From a virus (Duplodnaviria; Caudoviricetes): a DNA stretch of 54,387 nt. Where the stretch lies: the IMG/VR virus record IMGVR_UViG_3300028610_002189, positions 1 through 54,387 of that record; one strand, given 5' to 3'. This document shows, piece after piece, positions 45,832 through 54,387 of this stretch. How positions within the stretch are numbered: position 1 is the stretch's first letter; each line of letters begins with the position of its first letter. Under the pieces are notes generated by a model. That model was given only the letters and a program-made list of their open reading frames with translations. It had not been told where the DNA came from and did not search any database. A program made the translations under genes and the position numbers.

Positions 45832-48800
45832 ATGTCTGTAAATTTTGAATATTTACCTGTAGTTCTTGAAGATAAAAAAGTTACTGCTTTGCTCAAACCG
45901 ACAATGTTGCTTGAAGTTATTGAACAATTTACTGAGCAGTTTCCTGAGTATGAGGGGATACTTAGGCAAACTGTTCAGATATTTGTTAACGGTGAGCTTA
46001 TTGCTCCTGAGCGTTGGCATTTATGTATGTTGAATACTGGTGATAGAGTTCTTGTAGTACCAATTATTGGATGTGGTGGTGGTGGAGTTGTTCAGATTGT
46101 TATAGGGGCTGTTCTAATAGCTGTTGGGGTATTAATTCCTGCTGATCCAGGAACAAAGGCATATTTAATTAAAACTGGTCTTATAATGATGGGTGCTTCT
46201 ATGGTTATTAGTGGTGGAATGCAGCTATTATGGCCTATGAAGCTTCCTTCAATACCTAATATATCTGGAAGCTATGCTTCAGAAGATCCTGTTTATCGTT
46301 GGGATGGTAGACAAATTCAGTTTGGTGTTGGTAATAGAATTCCAATAATTTATGGTAAGACCTATGCTGCTCCTCAATGTATAATGCAATATATTGATAC
46401 TTCTGATGATGGTAAAAAGAATTATATAAATCTATTGCTTTGTTTGGGTTATGGGGAGATAGATGGAATATGTATGGAAAATGGTGATCCAGATATTTTA
46501 ATAAATGGTCAACCATTTTCTAATTATGAAAATATAACATGGGATTGGAGACCAGGAACGTGGGCTCAAACTGCTATGGAAGGATTTAGAGATGTTAGAG
46601 TATATTATTCAAGTTCTGCTAAAGTTACAACTAATTTAGATAAAGTATATACTACTTATGCTGATGATGTTGAAGAGTTTTGGGTACATCTACAATGTCC
46701 TTCTTTATATAAAGTAGATGGGGCTAATGTTATTGAAAATAGAGTTGAATTTCATATCTATTATGCTAGAAGAATTAGTACTAGTCCTGATATATATGAG
46801 AGTTATATAAGTTTAGGAGGGTTTGATATTACTGGTAATTCAAAAGCTGCTTTAAATAAGATTGTTAAAAATGCTTCTAATCTTACAGCAGGTAAATATA
46901 GAATAAAGGTTTCTAGAATTTCTGCTGATTATGAAGATGACTTTGAGAATTTTTCAGATTTATATGTTGTTGGATTTACTGAAACTGAATATGATGAAAT
47001 AGCATATCGTGGTTTAGCTTTACTTGGGGTTAAAGCTTTGGCAACTGAGCAGTTAAGTGGAGCAACACCGAATGTTATACCTAAAGTAAGAGGAATTAAA
47101 GTAAAAGTTCCTAAGTTAACATATGTTGGAGATGTTGTTAACTATAATAATTGTTATTGGGATGATGATGCTGGTGTATATAAGAAACTTTCTGATGATT
47201 CCATTGTAGTTGATACTGGTGTATATACTGGAGATACTGAAAAACAATGGGTACAAGATCCTATATGGCAAGCTAATGATTTAAGTGTAAGTACTGCGTA
47301 TGGTCTTGGAAAGTATACTAATAATGCTGATGCTGATCTTGATCAATTAAAACTAGAATCAAGATATGGAAGACGATTGGTTGATGATGGTGAAGGAAAT
47401 CAAGAAATACAATTTCAATGTGATATACAACTTTCTAGACCTCTTAGTGGTAGAGATGCGGTTGCTGAAATATTGAAAACATGTAGAGGATGGGCTTTTT
47501 GGGTAGAGGATAAGATTAAAATGCTTATAGATAGACCGCAAGATCCTGCATATGTTTTTAATGAAGGTAATATAAAAGAAGGTTCTTTGAAGATTAATTT
47601 TATACCTAATAGCAGTATACCCAATGTACTTGATGTTGAATGGGATAATCTTGATGATAATGCTAGTTTAAATAGATTTAGACTTGTTGATCAGGAGGAG
47701 AGAAAAAAGAACAAACCTTTTAAGCCATCTCAATTAGAATTACATGGTGTTATAAGACGTGGTCAAGCAATAAGAGATGGGTGGTTTAATCTTAATTGTA
47801 CTAGGAATAGAGGTAAGATATTACAATTTGATTCTGCTATAAATGCTGTACATTGTACTCCTGGTGCTATTGTAACTGTACAGAATGATATGGCAGGATG
47901 GGGTGATGGTGGCAGGGTAGTTCGTGGAACTTCTGATAGTATAACTCTTGATATTAATATCACTATAGAAGCTAATAAAACATATCGTGTTGGATATATA
48001 TTATCAACTGGTGTTATAGAAAAGAAGACTGTAACTAATTCTGCTGGAACACATAATACTTTGACTATAGATGGTGCTTGGAGCGAAGTTCCTGCTAGAT
48101 ATGGAATATGGATATTTGGTGAGAGAGATGCTGAAGGTAAAGATTTTAGAGTAACAACAATTACTCGTAAGAACATCGGTGAAGTTACTCTAAGTGTGTT
48201 AGAGTATAATAGAACCGTGTATGGACACTATAGTTCTATTGGTAGAGCTGAAGTAATTAGTACTCTTCCTACAAGACATGGTATGGCAGGTGATGTTGAA
48301 AGTTTGCAATTGACTGCTTTGATGATTCAAGTTGGATTTACAATATCTTTTAATATTCCTAAGAATGATTTTTCTTTTTATGATGCTTTCGTTGAGATTA
48401 GCCCAGATGGTGTTTATTATAGACATATATATACAGCTAGTGGTGATGCTAGTTTTGATATTATACAAGATGTTGAGCCATATGGTACTTATTATGTAAG
48501 AGTTTATAGTCGTAATAGAGATGGATTAAAGTCTCTTGTTCCTGTAGAGACTTCAATAACTTTAGATAATTTGAATATTCAACCATTTGTTCCTACGAAA
48601 TTAGAAATAAAAGGGCAAGGTAATGATACTGTTTTTAATAGTAGGAATTGTGAATTTGAATGGACTGAGACTACGCCTCTTGGAGGGGAATTGTTTGAAT
48701 TTGGAGGCGGTAGATTAGGATATGGTGTTGTTGGTTCTACAACACAATCTTATGAAATTGCTATATTGGTTAATGGGGTTGAAATTGGTGATAGGAGATA

Positions 48801-49074
48801 TACAGAGAATACATTTTTTATTTATACCTTAGAACAGAATATTGCTGATAATGGTGGTACTTCTGCTTCGAGTTTTGAGATTAGAGTTTGGTCTATAGAT
48901 AGGTTTGGTAATAGGTCTGCTGCATATGCGAAGCTTGGTGTTAGTAATGGAGTTCCAACTTTGATTGGATTAGCTGCTGTTGCTGAAGAGGATGCTGTTA
49001 GATTTAATTGGGATAAGAATGAAGATACAGATTTGTTAGGGTATAAATATAGATTGCAAATACATGAATATTAG
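45832..49074 (+). CDS. Central tail tip / host-specificity protein (gpI-like ubiquitin-fold N-terminus fused to gpJ-like)
   Basis: IFVNG..GDRV..VP.I.GGGG, G..IPIIYG, LCLGYGEI, YGLG, F.EGNI, FN3 repeats. Confidence 0.85.
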   Translation: MSVNFEYLPVVLEDKKVTALLKPTMLLEVIEQFTEQFPEYEGILRQTVQIFVNGELIAPERWHLCMLNTGDRVLVVPIIGCGGGGVVQIVIGAVLIAVGVLIPADPGTKAYLIKTGLIMMGASMVISGGMQLLWPMKLPSIPNISGSYASEDPVYRWDGRQIQFGVGNRIPIIYGKTYAAPQCIMQYIDTSDDGKKNYINLLLCLGYGEIDGICMENGDPDILINGQPFSNYENITWDWRPGTWAQTAMEGFRDVRVYYSSSAKVTTNLDKVYTTYADDVEEFWVHLQCPSLYKVDGANVIENRVEFHIYYARRISTSPDIYESYISLGGFDITGNSKAALNKIVKNASNLTAGKYRIKVSRISADYEDDFENFSDLYVVGFTETEYDEIAYRGLALLGVKALATEQLSGATPNVIPKVRGIKVKVPKLTYVGDVVNYNNCYWDDDAGVYKKLSDDSIVVDTGVYTGDTEKQWVQDPIWQANDLSVSTAYGLGKYTNNADADLDQLKLESRYGRRLVDDGEGNQEIQFQCDIQLSRPLSGRDAVAEILKTCRGWAFWVEDKIKMLIDRPQDPAYVFNEGNIKEGSLKINFIPNSSIPNVLDVEWDNLDDNASLNRFRLVDQEERKKNKPFKPSQLELHGVIRRGQAIRDGWFNLNCTRNRGKILQFDSAINAVHCTPGAIVTVQNDMAGWGDGGRVVRGTSDSITLDINITIEANKTYRVGYILSTGVIEKKTVTNSAGTHNTLTIDGAWSEVPARYGIWIFGERDAEGKDFRVTTITRKNIGEVTLSVLEYNRTVYGHYSSIGRAEVISTLPTRHGMAGDVESLQLTALMIQVGFTISFNIPKNDFSFYDAFVEISPDGVYYRHIYTASGDASFDIIQDVEPYGTYYVRVYSRNRDGLKSLVPVETSITLDNLNIQPFVPTKLEIKGQGNDTVFNSRNCEFEWTETTPLGGELFEFGGGRLGYGVVGSTTQSYEIAILVNGVEIGDRRYTENTFFIYTLEQNIADNGGTSASSFEIRVWSIDRFGNRSAAYAKLGVSNGVPTLIGLAAVAEEDAVRFNWDKNEDTDLLGYKYRLQIHEY

Positions 49075-49104
49075 TATATAAATAGTATGGAATAGGATAT
49101 TGTT

Positions 49105-51540
49105 ATGCCTGGAAATATCTTTAGTGCTGATTCTACTTCTGATTTAATTTATAAACACTCAGGTTTCACTGATACTATATTAGATAGTTTTAGTAGTCCT
49201 AGTACTATTCCAATAGGACTTACTTGGGATGGTACTAATTTATATAGTAATGATTCTACTTCTGATTTAATTTATAAACACTCAGGTTTCACTGATACAA
49301 TATTAGATAGTTTTAGTAGTCCTAGTACTAGTCCTAGAGATCTTGCTTGGGATGGTGCTAATATATGTAGTGTTGATGGTAATACTAATAAAATCTATCA
49401 ACACTCTGGTTTCACTGATACAATTCTAGATAGTTTTAGTAGTCCTGACTATTCCCCTTCTGGTTTAACTTGGGATGGCAGTAATTTACTCAGTGCTGAT
49501 TACTCCATTCCTGATTTAATATTTAAACACTCTGGTTTCACTGATACAATTCTAGATAGTTTCAATAGTCCTGGCGGGATGACTGAAGGTCTTGCTTGGG
49601 ATGGTGCTAATATATATAATAGTGATAATTGGTTATCTAATAATAAAATCTATCAACACGATGGCTTTACTAATACAATTCTAAACAGTTTTAATAGTCC
49701 TAGTAACAGTCCTAGAGGACTTACTTGGGAAGAAATAAGTTCAAGTTCTTCTTCAAGTGAGAGTTCTTCTTCAAGTTCTAAGAGTAGTTCAAGTTCTTCA
49801 AGTGAGAGTTCTTCTTCAAGCTCTGAGAGTTCTTCTTCAAGTGAGAGTTCTTCTTCAAGCTCTGAGAGTTCTTCTTCAAGCTCTGAGAGTTCTTCTTCAA
49901 GTGAGAGTTCTTCTTCAAGCTCTGAGAGTTCTTCTTCAAGCTCTGAGAGTTCTTCTTCAAGTGAGAGTAGCTCTTCTAGTAGTGGAAGCTCTTCTTCAAG
50001 CTCTAAGAGTTCTTCTTCAAGTGAGAGTTCTTCTTCAAGTGAAAGTTCAAGTTCTTCAAGTGAAAGTTCTTCTTCAAGTAGTGAAAGTTCTTCTTCAAGT
50101 GAAAGTTCTTCTTCTAGTTCTGAGAGTTCTAGTTCTTCTTCTAGTAGTGAAAGCTCTAGTAGTAGTTCTGCTGGATGGACTGATTGGGTTACTATAGAAA
50201 ATAATTCTATAATAAGGAAATTAGATACTGCTGAAATTGCAAAACAAGGTGCTGGTCAGGCAAACATTAATATAGAAGTGAAAGCAGTTGATATGTATGG
50301 TAATGAATCAAGTGTTATTAAAGTAGGTTCAGATTGTCTTAATTATAAGGCCGGATATAATGTTAGTCCTACAGAGGGGGTGGGTCATTTTCAGTACATT
50401 CAAGAAGCCTTAAATGCTATACCTCCTGGAGGAGGTAAATTAACTCTTAAAGAAGGTATATATGATTTGTCTCGTGAAACTGGTATAGCAAATTACAATA
50501 ATGGAATTGTTATTCCAGATAGAAATATTGATATTGAAGGAGTTAATAGGGATTCTGTTATTATTAAAAATAATCCTGGAGATCATGGATTTATATTGCC
50601 TAATTTAACTAAAACTTTTAAATTTTCAAATTTTGCTATTGATAGTCAAAATATATCTTCCTATACAAATATGATATATATTTATGGAAGTGTAGCTTCA
50701 AATAATACTAGTAATGTAAGAACAAGCTCTATGAAATATTCTTTGGCTGATAATGGAGATTTAAGTGCGCCGGATGGAGATTGTGGAATAAGAGCAGATA
50801 AAGGCGATGGAAGAATAGTGGCATATGATTGTGAGCTTGAGAATGGCTTATATGGAGCTCATATATATGATTATCCTTATGTTTTGTTTACTCAGACTGA
50901 GTTGTCAGGACAGTTATATGCTTCTTTATATACAGATTTGTCAGCTGAATTGCATTTTATAAGTAATCGAATATATGATTTTCAGACTTTTGGAATTCTT
51001 TTTATGGGCTTTAATATTATTAGAGATTGTGAATTGCATAACAATGTTATTAAGAGTAAGAATCATAGTACAGATGTTAGTACTACTGCTGTAAACATAG
51101 AAGCCCAATCTGTTAGCTTTCTTAATAATATTATTCAAATTATAAATACAATGTCAAGTGGAGTGCAAAAAGGAGTGTTAATGCGAGTAGTTGATTCTAT
51201 AGTTTCGAATAATATTATTAAGTTAGATGTTGATTCTAGTGATGAGTTATATGGATTATATGTAAATGATTTAATAGATAGTCAAGTTTGTAACAATACT
51301 GTAAAAGTAGATGGAAGTAATAATACTAGTAACCATTACGGTATGCGCTTACAGGATTCAGATCGTAATGTGCTACAAGGTAACAATATAGATTTGGTAA
51401 GTAATAATGTTAAGGATATTGGTGTTTATCTTAGTACTAATTCTGATAATAATCAAGGTGGAGATAATATTACTCATAATGTTGGAACCTCTATAGATGA
51501 TAATGGTATTGGAAATGTTGTGACAGCGAAGGATGTGTAA
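49105..51540 (+). CDS. Modular receptor-binding protein: 5-repeat beta-propeller + poly-Ser linker + half FN3 + pectin-lyase-like beta-helix
   Basis: IYKHSGFTDTILDSF.SP...GL.WDG repeats; about 144-codon S/E tract; IQEALNA...G.L.LKEGIY and Asn-ladder beta-helix. Confidence 0.75.
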   Translation: MPGNIFSADSTSDLIYKHSGFTDTILDSFSSPSTIPIGLTWDGTNLYSNDSTSDLIYKHSGFTDTILDSFSSPSTSPRDLAWDGANICSVDGNTNKIYQHSGFTDTILDSFSSPDYSPSGLTWDGSNLLSADYSIPDLIFKHSGFTDTILDSFNSPGGMTEGLAWDGANIYNSDNWLSNNKIYQHDGFTNTILNSFNSPSNSPRGLTWEEISSSSSSSESSSSSSKSSSSSSSESSSSSSESSSSSESSSSSSESSSSSSESSSSSESSSSSSESSSSSSESSSSSESSSSSSGSSSSSSKSSSSSESSSSSESSSSSSESSSSSSESSSSSESSSSSSESSSSSSSSESSSSSSAGWTDWVTIENNSIIRKLDTAEIAKQGAGQANINIEVKAVDMYGNESSVIKVGSDCLNYKAGYNVSPTEGVGHFQYIQEALNAIPPGGGKLTLKEGIYDLSRETGIANYNNGIVIPDRNIDIEGVNRDSVIIKNNPGDHGFILPNLTKTFKFSNFAIDSQNISSYTNMIYIYGSVASNNTSNVRTSSMKYSLADNGDLSAPDGDCGIRADKGDGRIVAYDCELENGLYGAHIYDYPYVLFTQTELSGQLYASLYTDLSAELHFISNRIYDFQTFGILFMGFNIIRDCELHNNVIKSKNHSTDVSTTAVNIEAQSVSFLNNIIQIINTMSSGVQKGVLMRVVDSIVSNNIIKLDVDSSDELYGLYVNDLIDSQVCNNTVKVDGSNNTSNHYGMRLQDSDRNVLQGNNIDLVSNNVKDIGVYLSTNSDNNQGGDNITHNVGTSIDDNGIGNVVTAKDV
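49123..49730 (+). repeat. Five ~123-bp tandem coding repeats (~41-aa propeller blades)
   Basis: Near-identical DNA units, e.g. gattctacttctgatttaatttataaacactcaggtttcactgatac twice. Confidence 0.9.
49738..50169 (+). repeat. Poly-Ser(Glu) minisatellite of 18/21-bp units with a 60-bp higher-order repeat
   Basis: agttcttcttcaag(ctctgag/tgag) units; 49801-49967 repeats with 60-bp period. Confidence 0.92.
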
Positions 51541-51959
51541 TGAACTGTGCAATATATCAACATGATTCTGATAAGATAGAACATTTTGTTTTGAATTGTG
51601 TGAAGCAAGGCAATGATTTTATTGGTTCAAATTGTAAAAAATATGGAATCAAACCTACTCATTGGTCTGTTAAATGGACTGATGATGTGGCAAATCCTAT
51701 TTTTGATGAAGAGAATCAAATTGGATGGGATAAAAAAGTATCTGAACTAAATGGAATTGATGATTCTATAGATATAATTAAAACAACAATAGATGATGTT
51801 CAAGAAGCTGTAATGATTCGTAGGCAATTATCTACTACGACTTATAAAGAGATTGATCAATATGTAGAAAGTAATATAATTGATTTACCATCTGCTAAGA
51901 TGTATATTAAAAAGTTATCTAAAGTAGTTTTGGCTATAATTAAAATGATGGATAAATAA
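51540..51959 (+). CDS. Hypothetical protein, possible tail fibre chaperone
   Basis: TAATG coupling to RBP gene. Confidence 0.5.
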   Translation: MNCAIYQHDSDKIEHFVLNCVKQGNDFIGSNCKKYGIKPTHWSVKWTDDVANPIFDEENQIGWDKKVSELNGIDDSIDIIKTTIDDVQEAVMIRRQLSTTTYKEIDQYVESNIIDLPSAKMYIKKLSKVVLAIIKMMDK

Positions 51960-51977
51960 AAAAATTAGAGGTGTATT

Positions 51978-53084
51978 ATGTCTCAATATGGACCTGGAAC
52001 ATTATTAACAGTAGATACTACACAAGGAGAAACTTTATTAACTTTTAGTAGTGAGTGTTTATTACTTACTGAAGTCAATAGAGGTGATTGGTTTACTATT
52101 GATGATGATACTTCACCTACTTTTGAATTACAAGCTCCACTTACTAATATAACAGCACATTTGACTGCTGCGTGGAGTGGTAACAGCGAATCTGGAGCTA
52201 GTTTTGTTATAAGTAGGGATTTCACCTCACGTAAAAATTATCCTATATTTAGACAGGGCGATAAGCGTGTTGCAAAGAATCTTGCTAGACTTGTTAGTGC
52301 CATTGATGATGATATGTCTACTGTTGGAACTGTAAGTGCTGATACAACTACTAATAATGTGTCTAATTATGATTTAGTCTATTATTCTGCTGCTAATAAT
52401 GTAGTTGATGAAGCTGATGCTACTGATTTAACAAAACCAGCAATAGCTGTTGTTTCTAGATCTGGTTTTGTTAAGCAAGCAGGTCAGGCTACTATTAATA
52501 TAGAAAGTGGTATTGCAATATCTAGATTGGATAAATTGTATCTTTCTACATCTGCTGGTAAAATAACTAATATATGTCCAACTGGAGGAGCTAATAGAAA
52601 ACAACTTGTTGGGATAGCTGTGGAAGATGGCAGTGTTGTTGGAGGTACTGTAGGGGCTGTTTTATTGATAGATTGTGGAAAGTTTACTTCTCCTAATAAG
52701 TTAGAAGCTATAACTACACATGATCAATCTGGTGAAAGTTCTGTTACGGTTCTTACAATAGGAATACCTACTGTTGGTTCGTTTATAAATGGTATGGTAA
52801 AAATTGGTACTAAAAATAAGGTCAACCCCGTATATGCTTTATGTAGAAATTATTCTATTCATATTTATAAAGAGAATAGTACTACTTTTCAATGTCAATT
52901 TGATGGGCTTGGTACTGAGTGCCAAGGAAGTGGAGGTAATGCTGTTGATAGTATATCTATTGATGATACTAGCTCAGATGATTATGTATATATTAAGGCT
53001 GTTCCTTCTGATACAACTGCTGGAATTGAAGGATATGTGTCTTTTAATGGTAGTTCTAACAAAGCTGATATAACAATATCTTAG
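51978..53084 (+). CDS. Putative tail fibre / virion structural protein
   Basis: Beta-rich T/S/G composition; LYLSTSAGKIT..PT...QLVG.A motif. Confidence 0.55.
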   Translation: MSQYGPGTLLTVDTTQGETLLTFSSECLLLTEVNRGDWFTIDDDTSPTFELQAPLTNITAHLTAAWSGNSESGASFVISRDFTSRKNYPIFRQGDKRVAKNLARLVSAIDDDMSTVGTVSADTTTNNVSNYDLVYYSAANNVVDEADATDLTKPAIAVVSRSGFVKQAGQATINIESGIAISRLDKLYLSTSAGKITNICPTGGANRKQLVGIAVEDGSVVGGTVGAVLLIDCGKFTSPNKLEAITTHDQSGESSVTVLTIGIPTVGSFINGMVKIGTKNKVNPVYALCRNYSIHIYKENSTTFQCQFDGLGTECQGSGGNAVDSISIDDTSSDDYVYIKAVPSDTTAGIEGYVSFNGSSNKADITIS

Positions 53085-53095
53085 GAGGTGAGGAA

Positions 53096-53461
53096 ATGAT
53101 TAGTAAAATTGCTGATATTTTTGATTTGGTTACTGTTGCTCCTGGTGGTGATACTACTTCTGTTGCTATAAATATAACTAATGTGTCTCCAGATGCTAAA
53201 TTTTATTTTGATCTAGATATAAATCATAATGGTACTGGAGCGTTATCTTTTTTAATTGGAGATACTGAAGATGGTAGTTTTTATGAGCCAGCAAGCAATA
53301 GTATTGCTGCTGGTCATACAAAGACTACTAATACTAGTGGTAGAGATAGGTATACTATTGCAATGGAGGGTACTCTTTGGATTATATTTAAACTTGAAGA
53401 GACTGGAGGAGCGAGTGATATAATTGCTTCTGGTGATTTTTATGTTAATGATAAGGTCTAG
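53096..53461 (+). CDS. Small beta-sandwich virion-type protein
   Basis: GGAGGTG SD; all-beta pattern. Confidence 0.55.
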   Translation: MISKIADIFDLVTVAPGGDTTSVAINITNVSPDAKFYFDLDINHNGTGALSFLIGDTEDGSFYEPASNSIAAGHTKTTNTSGRDRYTIAMEGTLWIIFKLEETGGASDIIASGDFYVNDKV

Positions 53462-53473
53462 GCTTACTAGGAG

Positions 53474-53866
53474 GTGTTTATGGATTTTCTTCTTGAAATT
53501 TTTTATATAATTATTGGACTTGGAGCACTTTTGGGAAGTGCTATTGGAGGTTATAAGGCTAAATCTATTAGAAAAAATAGTAGTTGTAATCCTGGCGGTG
53601 TTGTTTTTAAAAGGCCACAATTAATGAGTGCAGAGACAAAGGGGGAGGTTGATAAATTAGATGCTAAGATAGATAAAGAGGTGCAGAAAGTTACTATGTG
53701 TGGTGAAATACACAAAAGGGTAGATGAAAATTTGATAGATATAAAGGGGGATATTGGTAAAGTTAAGGATGAACTTGTTATTTTAAGAGATGTTGTTGTA
53801 GATTCGAATGGTAAAATTGTTAGTGAAGTAGCTGACGCTGTGGTGAAGGCAATAAAGAAGAGGTAA
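53474..53866 (+). CDS. Membrane protein with N-terminal TM and coiled coil (holin-like position)
   Basis: IFYIIIGLGALLGSAIGG TM; GGAGGTG SD favours ATG 53480. Confidence 0.5.
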   Translation: MFMDFLLEIFYIIIGLGALLGSAIGGYKAKSIRKNSSCNPGGVVFKRPQLMSAETKGEVDKLDAKIDKEVQKVTMCGEIHKRVDENLIDIKGDIGKVKDELVILRDVVVDSNGKIVSEVADAVVKAIKKR

Positions 53867-53892
53867 TAGAGTTATATATAATAGGGGTTACT

Positions 53893-54081
53893 ATGAAAAA
53901 TGGTAAGAGAAACCCCATTGAGCATTATCTTAATCCTCTACATATTAAATGTAGGTTGGTTGAATTGGGTATTAGTAAAAGAATTGTTAATAAAACTATA
54001 GATGTGTATGAGCATATTGTTAGAAGGTGGTTATATTATAAGTTGTACAGAAAAGAGAGGAGAAAGGAAGATGGCAGATGA
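53893..54081 (+). CDS. Small basic hypothetical protein
   Basis: HYLNPLHIKCRLVELG; AGGGG SD. Confidence 0.55.
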   Translation: MKNGKRNPIEHYLNPLHIKCRLVELGISKRIVNKTIDVYEHIVRRWLYYKLYRKERRKEDGR

Positions 54082-54387
54082 GATTAGAGAAAGGCTTTTA
54101 AAAGAGTATGAAGATATAAAGAAAGTAAAAGGTATTTATGGGCATGGTAGAGTAAGTGCTGCTATAGTAGGGCTTAAATTTGAAGATGGACATACTCATT
54201 GGCATTATCCTGATGAAGAGTCTGCTCTTCATATGTTTAAAGTAGCTATGGAGCATAAAGGTATAGTATCTAGTAACAATTCTCGAAATCATGTTAATAC
54301 TTCTTCTGATAAAATATATAAGCATGATAATTTTATTAAAGCCCCTATAGTTAAAAATGTAGAGTCTGCTGGTGAAAAAAGAAAGAT
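54071..54387 (+). CDS. Hypothetical protein, partial (runs off window end), MADEIRERLL...
   Basis: ATG at 54071 with purine-rich SD; open to window end. Confidence 0.55.
   Translation, partial: MADEIRERLLKEYEDIKKVKGIYGHGRVSAAIVGLKFEDGHTHWHYPDEESALHMFKVAMEHKGIVSSNNSRNHVNTSSDKIYKHDNFIKAPIVKNVESAGEKRK

Noticed and set aside
49042-49084. TATAAATA as a T4-like late promoter
   Set aside because: Expected by chance in AT-rich DNA and not seen consistently upstream of structural genes.
49072-49095. Genome-wide TAG reassignment (alternative genetic code)
   Set aside because: Long genes are not fragmented by TAG, and several genes end properly at TAG (24829, 26587, 32074, 36119); only local readthrough remains possible.
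49757-50197. ORFs RVLLQALRVLLQV (+) and LKKNSQSLKKNSH (-)
   Set aside because: Shadow frames of the poly-Ser minisatellite.
49105-53084. Diversity-generating retroelement target in the RBP genes
   Set aside because: No reverse transcriptase and no TR/VR pair with adenine-specific differences seen in this window.
19946-54325. Minus-strand ORFs in the structural arm (e.g. 30494-31105, 37827-38726)
   Set aside because: Antisense to clear structural genes; no SD or recognisable motifs.

Overview
The window is a 54.4 kb fragment of an AT-rich tailed dsDNA phage (Caudoviricetes, siphovirus-type) that uses the standard genetic code and strong GGAGG/AGGAG Shine-Dalgarno (SD) sites. It has two divergent arms. 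The left arm (1-19734, minus strand) holds more than 60 small accessory ORFs. These include three paralogous Lys/Ala-rich histone-like proteins, an exported HExxH metallopeptidase, a SWIM Zn finger, a PC4-like protein, a C39-like peptidase, a DarG-type macrodomain and a 5'-3' exonuclease. The right arm (19977-54387, plus strand) is a morphogenesis operon: TerS, Mu-type TerL, portal and protease, two decoration paralogues, MCP, connectors, tail tube, duplicated chaperones, a 2439-aa tape measure, Dit, hub, NlpC/P60, gpI-gpJ, receptor-binding proteins and a holin-like gene. The most notable observations are: (1) four copies of a 27-nt covarying H-type RNA pseudoknot, each exactly 7 nt after a UAA stop and usually abutting the next SD; (2) a RecB/Cas4-like PD-(D/E)XK motif set inside the tape measure protein; (3) an FN3 domain apparently split between gpJ and the next in-frame gene by a beta-propeller plus poly-Ser insert; (4) two families of palindromic operator-like motifs and an antisense sigma70-type promoter inside the tail operon. 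All functional calls come from motif recognition and synteny by eye; no searches were run.
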